This document shows positions 7,114-16,261 of a stretch of DNA of 20,000 bases, piece by piece. The DNA is from an uncultured virus (IMG/VR IMGVR_UViG_3300025015_000024) (taxonomy: Duplodnaviria; Heunggongvirae; Uroviricota; Caudoviricetes). Under the pieces are notes generated by a model. The model worked only from the letters and a program-made list of their open reading frames with translations, made no database searches and was not told the DNA's origin. The translations under genes and the position numbers were made by a program. The stretch spans positions 56,838 through 76,837 of IMG/VR virus record IMGVR_UViG_3300025015_000024; one strand, given 5' to 3'. Numbering within the stretch: position 1 is the stretch's first letter; the number at the start of each line of letters is the position of its first letter.

Positions 7114-7115
7114 TT

Positions 7116-7649
7116 ATGGCTGGCAAAAAAAGTAATAAAATCAAACAACACCTTCCTCTTCGCAGAATTTCATCTTTTTTTAATGAAGATGAATTTAATC
7201 TTGAAGTACAAATGGGTAGAGAATGGTTAGAGGGTGATTTAAATACTATTGTAGTATTATTTAGAATTGATATAAATAAAACACAAGTTGATGATTTATA
7301 TGGTGAATCAAAGCCACATGAAAAACATTACTTACCACCAGTTGAGCTAAAAGTTAGAATTGATAGTATGGAGGAATCAGAATTAGAGACAAGAGATAAT
7401 ATTACAAGTCGTGAATCGCAGATAAAAATGTCTCTGAGCGTGTTCACTCAACAATTAGAAGAAAAAAATGTAGATCCAAAAAGAGGAGATTACCTAGGAT
7501 ATAATGATGGAACAAAGGGAATGAGATATTTTGAAATTATTAATGCAGACAATCGTAATTTTTCACTTAATAAAACTATCATGGGTTATAAACCATATTG
7601 GAGAAGAATATCATGTATATTAATTGATTCAGATGTTTTTGATGGGTAG
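7116..7649 (+). CDS. Head closure/neck protein (T4 gp14-like)
   Basis: VDDLYGES...YLPPVELK...PKRGDYL...YFEI pattern typical of gp14-like proteins; near the gp13-like gene. Confidence 0.7.
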   Translation: MAGKKSNKIKQHLPLRRISSFFNEDEFNLEVQMGREWLEGDLNTIVVLFRIDINKTQVDDLYGESKPHEKHYLPPVELKVRIDSMEESELETRDNITSRESQIKMSLSVFTQQLEEKNVDPKRGDYLGYNDGTKGMRYFEIINADNRNFSLNKTIMGYKPYWRRISCILIDSDVFDG

Positions 7650-7654
7650 AAAAT

Positions 7655-7828
7655 TTAGTAATCTTTATCATGATATTTCATATAGTGACCCCACCAAACC
7701 AATAATATTATCATTGGCACCATAATCGCCCACCATTGCCACATTATAAATGTTATATTGGCAATGCCCAATATTCCACCAAGATATCCGAAAGCAACCC
7801 AATTTAAATATTTTTGTAATTTTTTCAT
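7655..7828 (-). CDS. Small two-TM, Trp-rich membrane protein (57 aa; absent from ORF track)
   Basis: MKKLQKYLNWVAFGYLGGILGIANITFIMWQWWAIMVPMIILLVWWGHYMKYHDKDY. Has its own host-type promoter and the conserved AAAACTTAAAAA leader. Confidence 0.8.
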   Translation of the reverse strand: MKKLQKYLNWVAFGYLGGILGIANITFIMWQWWAIMVPMIILLVWWGHYMKYHDKDY

Positions 7829-7874
7829 AATTTTTAAGTTTTAAAAAGATTAATAAATTAAGTTAATTAGAATA

Positions 7875-7906
7875 CAAAGATAAGTGAAATAATTGGAATA
7901 AACAAA
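7875..7906 (-). promoter_or_regulatory. Bacteroidota-type promoter TTTG-N20-TATCTTTG
   Basis: Plus strand shows CAAAGATA at 7875-7882 and CAAA at 7903-7906. Confidence 0.75.
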
Positions 7907-7914
7907 TATTTATA
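7907..7914 (+). promoter_or_regulatory. Putative late promoter motif TATTTATA
   Basis: Upstream of ATG 7933; abuts the divergent host-type promoter. Confidence 0.6.
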
Positions 7915-7932
7915 TAAAAAAATAATAAACAA

Positions 7933-8235
7933 ATGGGATTTATTGAATCTGGAGACACTATAACATTAAATGCTTATTTAACACCATTAGGTAGAAATAG
8001 ATTATTATCCAAAAATATACAAGATAAAACTATTGTAAGTTTTTCTTTGGGAGATTCTGATACTAATTATAATATTGATAATCCTTTACCAACTGGTAAT
8101 ATTCCAGATTTAACTGGTGATGATACAGGATGTGTAAAATCTATTGCAGAAACAGATATTAAACATAAAATAAAAGTATTTATTCCAATATTTAATGGGG
8201 AATTGGACGGTATAACTGATATAAACATAGAATAA
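7933..8235 (+). CDS. Putative baseplate/tail-fibre attachment-type virion protein
   Basis: AYLTPLGRNRLL...IVSFSLGDSD resembles the LTxxG...FxxGD N-terminal motif of tail-fibre/collar proteins. Confidence 0.5.
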   Translation: MGFIESGDTITLNAYLTPLGRNRLLSKNIQDKTIVSFSLGDSDTNYNIDNPLPTGNIPDLTGDDTGCVKSIAETDIKHKIKVFIPIFNGELDGITDINIE

Positions 8236-8240
8236 TAATT

Positions 8241-9539
8241 ATGAAATTATCTCAACTAAAAATATCTAATCCAATAATATTATCAAAAAAAAATAAACAA
8301 TCTTTATTGGATTCTGTTAGAATAAAACAACGTACAGAAACCAGGAAAATTAAGTTTAAAAAAAATGATGATTATATAAAATCTGGAGATACCACATTTT
8401 ATCATAATTTGGATATCACAATTAAATTGGATAGAATGATTAAATATATGTTAGCAGAATCATCAGAAGGTAAAAAAGGTAAAGTAATTGATAATAAATT
8501 TGATAATAATTTAAAATCGCCCTTTGCAGATTTTTGGTCAGAAGTATTTGTTCATATTGAAAAAAGTGATAATTCATCAGATATTATAAGAAAAAAAATA
8601 GAATTTATTCCAGATAGTGGGTCTTATGATGAAATAATAAGATTTAGTAGATTTTTTAATATAAATCAATTAATTGATTCTAAAGATAATAGAATAATAA
8701 ATGATAATAAAATTTTAGAAAAAAAGGATGAAGATATTTTTAAATCACCATTTGTACTGTGTTTATCTTCTTATGATAATGAATTAAATAAATTTTCAAA
8801 TGAGTTTAGCAGTGATTTAATAACTGGTGCTGGACCTGGGGGAATACTAATACAGCCAGAATCTTATGGATATTATTCAAATATTCATAGTAATAGTTCT
8901 TCAAATGAGAATATTAACTCTAAAACATATTTTAGAATCTCGGATATAGAGAAAGAATTTGACTTTCAACAAAAAGATATAAAAGATAATATAAATAATG
9001 CTTATATTGTTCCTGCTGCACTCATTGGGAGACAATTTAATAATACATCTCAATTTAATGTAGAACAAATTAGAATTAATGAAAATGTACTTTTAGGATT
9101 TGTTAAAGGTACTGAACTTACCACTAGTAAAACAATTAATAATATAATGGAAGAATCATTAATAAATAAAGATAAAGCATTTAATAATCAATATTTAAAA
9201 TTATTTAACAGGCAATTAGTAAAATCAAGAATAGATTATTTACAACATTTTGTTGAATATTATTTAACAAATACAGATAAAAACTTAAATTTATTTACAG
9301 AATTAAATACAAATCACTATATTTCAAAACCAATTGTTTTAAAACCAAAAACAGACAGTAGTTTTGATATTGGTGGAAGAATAAGTATTAAATTTGAATT
9401 GGATATTAGAAATGCGGTAAGTAATAGTTATGTGGGAGGATTAAGTAAGTATGGAACAACCTCACTATCAAATTGGAAATTAGACACATCAGATTCTGGT
9501 GAATCATATGTATCAGAATCTTTTGTTGTTTATAATTAA
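8241..9539 (+). CDS. Hypothetical protein (probably virion/baseplate)
   Basis: 432-aa ORF co-oriented 5 nt after the preceding gene. No recognised motif. Confidence 0.7.
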   Translation: MKLSQLKISNPIILSKKNKQSLLDSVRIKQRTETRKIKFKKNDDYIKSGDTTFYHNLDITIKLDRMIKYMLAESSEGKKGKVIDNKFDNNLKSPFADFWSEVFVHIEKSDNSSDIIRKKIEFIPDSGSYDEIIRFSRFFNINQLIDSKDNRIINDNKILEKKDEDIFKSPFVLCLSSYDNELNKFSNEFSSDLITGAGPGGILIQPESYGYYSNIHSNSSSNENINSKTYFRISDIEKEFDFQQKDIKDNINNAYIVPAALIGRQFNNTSQFNVEQIRINENVLLGFVKGTELTTSKTINNIMEESLINKDKAFNNQYLKLFNRQLVKSRIDYLQHFVEYYLTNTDKNLNLFTELNTNHYISKPIVLKPKTDSSFDIGGRISIKFELDIRNAVSNSYVGGLSKYGTTSLSNWKLDTSDSGESYVSESFVVYN

Positions 9540-9545
9540 TAATTA

Positions 9546-9553
9546 TATTTATA
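9546..9553 (+). promoter_or_regulatory. Putative late promoter motif TATTTATA
   Basis: TATATTTATATAAGAA just upstream of ATG 9563. Confidence 0.55.
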
Positions 9554-9562
9554 TAAGAATAT

Positions 9563-10135
9563 ATGAAAATAATAATCACAGAAAATCAATTTAAAAAATT
9601 AATTGAGAATATTATTGACGAGAATAATAATGATATTAAAAGACAAGAATTTATTGATATATTAAATAAAAAAAATATTTCTTATAAAATAAAAAAGAAT
9701 AAACAACCACCCGCAGGGGTGGATAAAATTATTATTGGTGGTGATGATATATATTCAAATTTAATAACATATATTCCAGATAATGTTGAATTTAATAATA
9801 ATGGTTATTTAGAGTTATCTTCTCTTAAAGAAATGGGAAATAATATTATATTTAATAATCATGGGTATGTATGGTTATCTTCTCTTAATAAAATGGGAAA
9901 TAACCTTCCGAAGGGAAGGAGAAATAATATTAAGTTTAATAATAAAGGTAATGTAAATTTATATTCAATTATATGGTTTGATACATTTTCTGTTAATTTC
10001 ACAAATAATGTTGAAAATGTATTTTTTGGAGAAGAATTATTCTGGGGAAATGAATTCGCCTATCAGTTATATAATATTAGAGGAAAATTTAAAATATATA
10101 ATGATAAAAAAGGTAATTATGAAATAATAAAATAA
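9563..10135 (+). CDS. Protein with conserved N-terminal leader and short LRR-like/solenoid repeats
   Basis: Starts MKIIITENQFKKLIENII. Repeats: FNNNGYLELSSLKEMGNN / FNNHGYVWLSSLNKMGNN / FNNKGNVNLYSI. Confidence 0.75.
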   Translation: MKIIITENQFKKLIENIIDENNNDIKRQEFIDILNKKNISYKIKKNKQPPAGVDKIIIGGDDIYSNLITYIPDNVEFNNNGYLELSSLKEMGNNIIFNNHGYVWLSSLNKMGNNLPKGRRNNIKFNNKGNVNLYSIIWFDTFSVNFTNNVENVFFGEELFWGNEFAYQLYNIRGKFKIYNDKKGNYEIIK

Positions 10136-10675
10136 ATGACAATATTTAAATTAAATTTAACAAATTTGGGGTTGGATACTAGAAGAAGATTTTCTTCTGA
10201 TATTATAGATGATTATAGAAAAATTGAATCTAAAACCATTAAAAATTATAAAATATCAGGGAAATCATTACCAGAACTAAGACCAAAATTTATATCTGTA
10301 TCAAATGGTAGAGAATTTTATTATATAATTGAAGATATTAAAAATAAAGACATTGATTTGTTAAATCAAATTACTCAAACAGAAGAAAAACAGATAAAGG
10401 GAACGTTTGATATAACTAAGAGTAAACAATTATTTGATAATGAACAAATTGAAAGAACAGATAATTTAAAAAAAGATGATAGTATATTTAAAACAAGATT
10501 GGATAGTAAAATTGAAAATATAGACATAACACCAGAAATAAAAAAAATAAAGTTATTTTTTTCTGGAAGGGATTCATTAAATATTTCAATTCCAGATGAC
10601 CCGAATGAAATTGGTGCCAAATTTATTTTAAAAGATTCAAATTTTTTAAAAGAGGGAGATTTTGTTAAAGTTTAA
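10136..10675 (+). CDS. Hypothetical protein
   Basis: 179-aa ORF abutting the upstream stop. Confidence 0.65.
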   Translation: MTIFKLNLTNLGLDTRRRFSSDIIDDYRKIESKTIKNYKISGKSLPELRPKFISVSNGREFYYIIEDIKNKDIDLLNQITQTEEKQIKGTFDITKSKQLFDNEQIERTDNLKKDDSIFKTRLDSKIENIDITPEIKKIKLFFSGRDSLNISIPDDPNEIGAKFILKDSNFLKEGDFVKV

Positions 10676-10700
10676 AGATATATAATAAAATAAATGACAA

Positions 10701-10708
10701 TATTTATA
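10701..10708 (+). promoter_or_regulatory. Putative late promoter motif TATTTATA
   Basis: Upstream of the gp25-like ATG at 10729. Confidence 0.65.
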
Positions 10709-10728
10709 ATAAAAAAAACAATAATTAA

Positions 10729-11208
10729 ATGTCAATAGGCATAAAATTTCCATTTGAGGAAGATCCGAAAGGATTCTTTCTTGCAACTACAAAAACATCA
10801 GCAGAAGAAATTAAATCAAATCTCATACATTTACTTTTAACCAGAAAGGGAGAAAGATTATATAATGTTGACTTTGGTACAAGATTACTTGAATTTTTAT
10901 TTGAACCAAATGACAATGATACTTATGAAGATATAAAAAGTTCACTTCAGGAAGATATAAGTAAATGGATTCCTAATCTCACAATCAACAATATTGAAGT
11001 AAAAATGGACGATGTTTCAGATTTGGATGATACAAGTTTAGATCAAACAATTATAGATAAACAGGGTGGTTTAATTACAAAAACACATATAAAGGGAAAA
11101 TTAAACACATCATCAGGAGAAGAAGGAAATTCAATTAGTGTAAAAATAGATTTTTCTATAAATGAGGGAGTTTTTGAAAGTAAAGATACAGTTATTTTAA
11201 AATTTTAA
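10729..11208 (+). CDS. Baseplate wedge subunit (GPW/gp25 family)
   Basis: IKSNLIHLLLTRKGERLYNVDFGTRLLEFLFEP is the gp25 signature. Confidence 0.9.
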   Translation: MSIGIKFPFEEDPKGFFLATTKTSAEEIKSNLIHLLLTRKGERLYNVDFGTRLLEFLFEPNDNDTYEDIKSSLQEDISKWIPNLTINNIEVKMDDVSDLDDTSLDQTIIDKQGGLITKTHIKGKLNTSSGEEGNSISVKIDFSINEGVFESKDTVILKF

Positions 11209-12320
11209 TTGTTTAAAAACTCATATAATTTTTTATTATCAAAATTTATTAAATATTCATTAACTGATAATACTTTTTTATCAATCAGCGTAAAAAATAA
11301 TCCAGTGAATAATTCAATATTATTTTGTTTGCAGATATTAAAAACTCTTTGAGCATATAATTTTCTTTCCTCCTTTGTTATATTTATTGGTTTTTCTAAC
11401 AGATTATCCCATATATTATTTAATCTTTTAAGTAGTAAATCATATTTTTCTTTTAAATTTAATAATTCATCCTTTCTTTCAGGAATTGTTGAAACATATT
11501 CTTCAATTTCATTTGACTTTATGATTATTAATATATGATGTTGAGCAGTACTTGATTTGAGATAATGTACTGCCAGATATTTTGGATTTTTTATTTTAAT
11601 TCTATTAAAATATTTATCAACAATCACATATCCCTCTTCATAATACGGCATATTTTCAAATGTGTCTATTAAGGTTTGAATATTTTTATCTTTAAAATTA
11701 AAAGATTTAACTACTGGTAAACTATATAATTGTCCTGTTTTTAAAACATCTTCTCTTGATAATTCTTTTAGATTATGTAAATCACGTAACGTTAATAACG
11801 TAATTTTTGATTCTTTGTGAGGGGTAACAACAATATTATATGGGGTTGTTAATTCAAAAATATAAATATATTGTGGGTTAAAAGAATTTAATGTTAAATT
11901 ATATTTTTCTTTTAATATTTTATTAAATAAATTATTAAATGTTAATCCTGGTTTATTATTAACTTCTCCTTCACCTTCTCCAGTTCCAGATGTTCCCATA
12001 TACCATTTATTATTATAATTATAAACTTGAATATAAGAACCGTCTATTTTCTCAAGTATTTCAGCAGAATCCCAATCAATTTTACTGGCCCATTGTTCCC
12101 CGTGATTAAAGAATTTTTTAAATCCCAAAGATATTACATTATAAGTATTTTTTTCTAATATTAGTCCTCTGCATTCCCTTACTTCTTGTTTTGAAAAATC
12201 AGAATCAATTTGTTTATATTTTAAAAGAAACCTATTATCATATTCTTTATATATCAAATCAAAATCATTTATGGTTTTCTCTAAACCATGTTGTTTTAGA
12301 TATGTTTGGATTTTTAACAT
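11205..12320 (-). CDS. ATP-dependent RNA ligase (T4 Rnl1-like)
   Basis: ECRGLIL, KFFNHGE, motif I EKIDGS, YIFEL, motif IV EGYV, motif V RIKIKNPKY. Confidence 0.9.
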   Translation of the reverse strand: MLKIQTYLKQHGLEKTINDFDLIYKEYDNRFLLKYKQIDSDFSKQEVRECRGLILEKNTYNVISLGFKKFFNHGEQWASKIDWDSAEILEKIDGSYIQVYNYNNKWYMGTSGTGEGEGEVNNKPGLTFNNLFNKILKEKYNLTLNSFNPQYIYIFELTTPYNIVVTPHKESKITLLTLRDLHNLKELSREDVLKTGQLYSLPVVKSFNFKDKNIQTLIDTFENMPYYEEGYVIVDKYFNRIKIKNPKYLAVHYLKSSTAQHHILIIIKSNEIEEYVSTIPERKDELLNLKEKYDLLLKRLNNIWDNLLEKPINITKEERKLYAQRVFNICKQNNIELFTGLFFTLIDKKVLSVNEYLINFDNKKLYEFLNN

Positions 12321-12335
12321 AAAAAATAACTTAAA

Positions 12336-12677
12336 TTAATTATTTATAGTTGTTACTCCATTCAATTTTAAATGTTTTTCCAACATATCAATAACCATTA
12401 TGACCTCACTACCAGTTGTTGGTCTCCTCAATTTTAAATGTTCTTCCAACAGATGACCAGTTATCTCCTTGATTTCCCGACAGCTACAATGATATTTAGA
12501 TTCAAAAATTGACCAAATTCTATTATAATTTAACCAGGCATACTTAATTCTTTTATTGTATTCAATATAAAATTTATCTTTATAAATATAAAATATTGAA
12601 TCTGGATATTCATTAAGAGTTTTTGGTTTTAAAACTTTTAATAATTCAATAAAATAATCTTCTTTTGATTTTTCCAT
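12336..12677 (-). CDS. Hypothetical protein
   Basis: 113-aa ORF in a tightly packed minus-strand operon, with a C-terminal LEEHLKL/LEKHLKL repeat. Confidence 0.7.
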   Translation of the reverse strand: MEKSKEDYFIELLKVLKPKTLNEYPDSIFYIYKDKFYIEYNKRIKYAWLNYNRIWSIFESKYHCSCREIKEITGHLLEEHLKLRRPTTGSEVIMVIDMLEKHLKLNGVTTINN

Positions 12678-12681
12678 AACT

Positions 12682-12864
12682 TTATATTTTATTTGTGTAT
12701 TTTGGTATTTTTATAATATCATCATACCATTTAAAATTATCAAGGTCTTTATTTTTCATATCATCTAATAAAATCCCATATTCCATCCCTGTTTCATAAT
12801 AATTTTCAATAAACCATTTAATTCTTTCTTTATATGTTAATTTTCTATTTTTTGATTTTTTCAT
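12682..12864 (-). CDS. Hypothetical protein, paralogous to the C-terminal half of 19507..19908
   Basis: KNRKLTYKERIKWFIENYYETGMEYGILLD...DNFKWYDDIIKIPKY is shared between the two. Confidence 0.7.
   Translation of the reverse strand: MKKSKNRKLTYKERIKWFIENYYETGMEYGILLDDMKNKDLDNFKWYDDIIKIPKYTNKI
12698..12853. repeat. Dispersed ~155-bp direct repeat, copy 1 (copy 2 at ~19559-19714)
   Basis: Colinear, highly similar nucleotide and protein sequence. Confidence 0.85.
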
Positions 12865-13036
12865 TTTTTAATTGTGCCCCATAACTTAATTTTTTTTGAC
12901 AAAAGTCATGAATTTCCCAAGCTGTTCTTTCATCAATTGTAAGTGTCAAATAATCCTCACAGTTGGGATATGTACAAAAAGTAATTTCTATATTATTATC
13001 TGGCATTTTTTGAATATCTGATATTCCTGTTTGCAT
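12845..13036 (-). CDS. Hypothetical protein
   Basis: 63-aa ORF overlapping the next gene start in the operon. Confidence 0.6.
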   Translation of the reverse strand: MQTGISDIQKMPDNNIEITFCTYPNCEDYLTLTIDERTAWEIHDFCQKKLSYGAQLKNEKIKK

Positions 13037-13073
13037 AAGTATTTTATTTTAAAAAAGTTAATAAATTAAATAA

Positions 13074-13337
13074 TTATTTTTTTCCAAGCCCAATATTGAT
13101 AACTCCGTCCAATCTACGACTGCGCTCTTTTTCAGGTAGAGTATCAAAATCATCAGGAAAAGATAATCCATGTATTGTACCAAGCATTCTTTTTTTCCAA
13201 TCATTTTTTTCTTTATCCGTTTTGCCAAAAATTTCACCCAATAAAGCAATTGTTGAAACAGTTTTAAGTGGGGAATTTGTTTTATCATCTTTTTTTAATT
13301 TTCTTTTCTTTGATTCCTTTTTTGTTAATTTTTTCAT
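13074..13337 (-). CDS. Hypothetical protein
   Basis: 87 aa, preceded by the TTAAAACTTAAAAACAATG leader and a host-type promoter. Confidence 0.75.
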   Translation of the reverse strand: MKKLTKKESKKRKLKKDDKTNSPLKTVSTIALLGEIFGKTDKEKNDWKKRMLGTIHGLSFPDDFDTLPEKERSRRLDGVINIGLGKK

Positions 13338-13383
13338 TGTTTTTAAGTTTTAATATTAGTTAATAAATTAAATTAATTAATCA

Positions 13384-13415
13384 CAAAAGTAAGTAAAATT
13401 TTTGACATATCCAAA
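13384..13415 (-). promoter_or_regulatory. Bacteroidota-type promoter TTTG-N20-TACTTTTG
   Basis: Plus strand shows CAAAAGTA at 13384-13391 and CAAA at 13412-13415. Confidence 0.75.
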
Positions 13416-13422
13416 TAAAAAA

Positions 13423-14043
13423 TTATTTATTGTTAGCAAATGGATTTTCTTTTGAAATATTATTATTGCCCTCTTCTTTTTTATTGATATTGATATGTGT
13501 AGCACGAAGTTCGTCAAACCATTTTCGTTTATCCTCAGCATTTTCTGGTGGATAAAAGCGAGGAGGATTAAGACCTTGGTTTGCATAAGTCATTTCTTTT
13601 CTATATTTTTTTAATAATTGCTCTTCTTCATTTTTATTATCTCGTAAAAAATCTTTAAACCATTTAACAAATTCATCATCTGGTGGCCAAGTTATTTTAT
13701 CCCTATGAACTTCTTCTAATAGTTTTTTGTAGTAAATAAGTCTCTTTTCTCCGTTTGTTATAAGTGGTCTTAAAAAATCTTGTTCTGTTATTGGGGGATT
13801 AATAATTTGATTTGCATAATCCTTAGTTATTGCTTTTATTAGTTCTTTGAAATTTTGTTCTTCAGTATTTTTAGCATTTTGTAAATGTTTATACTCTTTC
13901 ATTTCTTCACCATCTAGTGGATGAGTTATTTTATCCCCATAACGTTCTTTAAACATTCCTGTATAGTCCATAAGTCCCTTTCTTTTGTCTCTTATATATG
14001 CGTTTAACCCTTCTTCATATTTTTTCTCCTTTTCTGTTTTCAT
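13423..14043 (-). CDS. Hypothetical protein (probable early gene)
   Basis: 206 aa, with the same leader and its own host-type promoter. Confidence 0.75.
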   Translation of the reverse strand: MKTEKEKKYEEGLNAYIRDKRKGLMDYTGMFKERYGDKITHPLDGEEMKEYKHLQNAKNTEEQNFKELIKAITKDYANQIINPPITEQDFLRPLITNGEKRLIYYKKLLEEVHRDKITWPPDDEFVKWFKDFLRDNKNEEEQLLKKYRKEMTYANQGLNPPRFYPPENAEDKRKWFDELRATHININKKEEGNNNISKENPFANNK

Positions 14044-14077
14044 TGTTTTTAAGTTTTAAAAAAGGTTAATTATAATA

Positions 14078-14109
14078 CAAAGGTAAGTAAAATATTTGAA
14101 TTATCCAAA
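14078..14109 (-). promoter_or_regulatory. Bacteroidota-type promoter TTTG-N20-TACCTTTG
   Basis: Plus strand shows CAAAGGTA at 14078-14085 and CAAA at 14106-14109. Confidence 0.75.
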
Positions 14110-14137
14110 TAAAAAGTGAATTATTTTCAATTATAAA

Positions 14138-14145
14138 TATTTATA
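14138..14145 (+). promoter_or_regulatory. Putative late promoter motif TATTTATA
   Basis: Upstream of the gp6-like ATG at 14170. Confidence 0.6.
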
Positions 14146-14169
14146 ATAGAAACATAACCAATATAAAAA

Positions 14170-16005
14170 ATGGCACTAAAGCAAGCAATTTCTTACGATA
14201 AACGTAATTTTCAAGAAATCAGGGAACAACTTATAAATTTCACAAAACAATATTATCCTGATTTAATCAGTTCATTTAATGATTCTTCAATTTATTCTCT
14301 TCTTGTTGAACTAAATGCTGCGGTTGCCGACCAATTAAATTTTACAATTGACAGAAATTTCCAGGAAACACAACTCCAACAAGCACAAGAAAAAAGGTCT
14401 TTATTTGGGCATGCTGCTAATATGGGACTGAAAATAGGTGGTAAAAAACCAGCAATAACAATAGTTGATTTTTCTGTAACTGTACCAACATTTGGAGATA
14501 CATTTTCAAAAGAATATTTGCCAATATTAAAACCTGGGACTCAAGCAATTGGTGCTGGAAAGGTCTATGAAACTACTGAAGAAATTGATTTTAGTTCACC
14601 ATTTGGAAGGGGAGGAGCACCAAATAGATTAATTATTCCTAATATTGATGCAAATGATAAAATTCAAAATTATAAAATAACAAAAAGAGAATTGGTTATT
14701 AATGGTGTATCAAAAATTTTTAAACGAGTTATAACTGCAGAAGATATTAAACCTTTTTTTGAAATTATTTTACCAGATAAAGATGTTATTTCTATTGAAC
14801 AATGTATTTCATTAGAAGGTACTAATTTCATCAGAACCCCAACAATTGATGAATTTTTAGATGATGATAGGAGATTTTTTGAAGTAGAACATCTTGCACA
14901 AGATTCTATATTTAAAGAAGATTTTACCAGAGTTAGTGATAGAAGTGGGGTTGTTCCTGGAACTTGGAAAACAGCTAATAAACGATTTATTAAAGAATAT
15001 ACTCCAAACGGTTTTTGTAAAATTACTTTTGGATCTGATTTTCAATCAGAAATATATGAAAATGTTATAAAAGGAACTGGATTTGAAACTCAATTAGGAG
15101 ATTTTCTTAATAATAATGCACTAGGCCAAGGTCCAGTTGTGGGAACTACTATTTTTATACGATATAGAGTTGGTGGTGGCGCAGATTCAAATATTGGTCG
15201 TAATGTTTTGACAGAAGTTGGAAATGTAAATATGACAGTTGATGGTCCTCGGGCAGATATAAATAGATCTGTAAGGACATCATTAGAAGTTTCTAACCCT
15301 GTTCCTGGCTTGGGTGGAAAAGACGAATTAAGTATTGAAGAAATGAGAAAACTTATAAGTTATAATTTTTCGAGTCAATTGCGCACGACTACTGTACGGG
15401 ATTATATGAGTCAAATTATGAAAATTCCGGGGAAATTTGGAAGTGCATTTAGAAATAGCTGCTTTGAAGAACAAAATAAAGTTAAAGTTAAAATATTAGC
15501 ATTGGATGAAAATGGTAAATTAGATAACACCTCAACCCAAACATTAAAAGAAAATATTGCCGAATATCTTACAGAATTCAGAATGTTAAATGATTATGTT
15601 GAAGTAAGTGATGGAAGAGTTATAAATCTTTCTTTTGAATTTGATCTTTTCATTGATCAACAATTTTCTCAAAGTGAGATTGCATCAAATGTTATAAGTG
15701 TTGTAACTGACGAATTAGATATAAAAAAACATACAATGAATGAAAATATATATATTGGAAATTTAATAGAAAAAATTAATAATCAACCAGGAGTTATCAA
15801 CATTATAGAGACCAGAATTTTCAATAAAGTGGGAGGTGGTAAATATAGTTTAAACGAGATTTCCCAAGAATTGTTAAATAATAATACCAGACAAATTAAA
15901 CTTATTGATTTTACGCTATTCGGAGAACCATCAAGCATGTTTGAAATAAAATTCCCTGAAAAAGATATAAAAGTTTTTGTAAAATCAGGAAGAATAACAA
16001 TTTAA
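14170..16005 (+). CDS. Baseplate wedge protein (T4 gp6-like / baseplate J family)
   Basis: YDKRNFQEIREQLINF...QETQLQQAQEKRS; ITFG...IRYRVGGGADSN; GGKDELSIEEMR...QLRTTTVRDY. Confidence 0.88.
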   Translation: MALKQAISYDKRNFQEIREQLINFTKQYYPDLISSFNDSSIYSLLVELNAAVADQLNFTIDRNFQETQLQQAQEKRSLFGHAANMGLKIGGKKPAITIVDFSVTVPTFGDTFSKEYLPILKPGTQAIGAGKVYETTEEIDFSSPFGRGGAPNRLIIPNIDANDKIQNYKITKRELVINGVSKIFKRVITAEDIKPFFEIILPDKDVISIEQCISLEGTNFIRTPTIDEFLDDDRRFFEVEHLAQDSIFKEDFTRVSDRSGVVPGTWKTANKRFIKEYTPNGFCKITFGSDFQSEIYENVIKGTGFETQLGDFLNNNALGQGPVVGTTIFIRYRVGGGADSNIGRNVLTEVGNVNMTVDGPRADINRSVRTSLEVSNPVPGLGGKDELSIEEMRKLISYNFSSQLRTTTVRDYMSQIMKIPGKFGSAFRNSCFEEQNKVKVKILALDENGKLDNTSTQTLKENIAEYLTEFRMLNDYVEVSDGRVINLSFEFDLFIDQQFSQSEIASNVISVVTDELDIKKHTMNENIYIGNLIEKINNQPGVINIIETRIFNKVGGGKYSLNEISQELLNNNTRQIKLIDFTLFGEPSSMFEIKFPEKDIKVFVKSGRITI

Positions 16006-16062
16006 GATAGAAAATTTTTTTAAAAAAAATTAAAATAATTAGTTTTTTGCTATTCTATTATA

Positions 16063-16082
16063 TATTTATATATGTACGTACA
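16063..16082 (+). promoter_or_regulatory. TATTTATA motif plus palindromic operator candidate TGTACGTACA
   Basis: TATTTATA at 16063-16070 and a perfect 10-bp palindrome at 16073-16082, upstream of the RHH ORF. Confidence 0.55.
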
Positions 16083-16108
16083 AGTTAATAATTTAAAAAT
16101 ATAATATT

Positions 16109-16261
16109 ATGAAACAAAACGGAAGAGTTAATATAAGATTAAAAAAAGAATTATTTAATAAATATTTTCAATATTGCAAATTAAATAATATATCAATGTC
16201 AAAAGACATAAGAGAATTTATTAAAAAAAAAATAAAAAATTATGAGAAGAAAAACAACTGA
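16109..16261 (+). CDS. Ribbon-helix-helix (Arc/CopG-like) DNA-binding protein (50 aa; absent from ORF track)
   Basis: MKQNGRVNIRLKKELFNKYFQYCKLNNISMSKDIREFIKKKIKNYEKKNN: beta strand RVNIRL, a helix, then SMSxxIRxxI. Confidence 0.7.
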   Translation: MKQNGRVNIRLKKELFNKYFQYCKLNNISMSKDIREFIKKKIKNYEKKNN

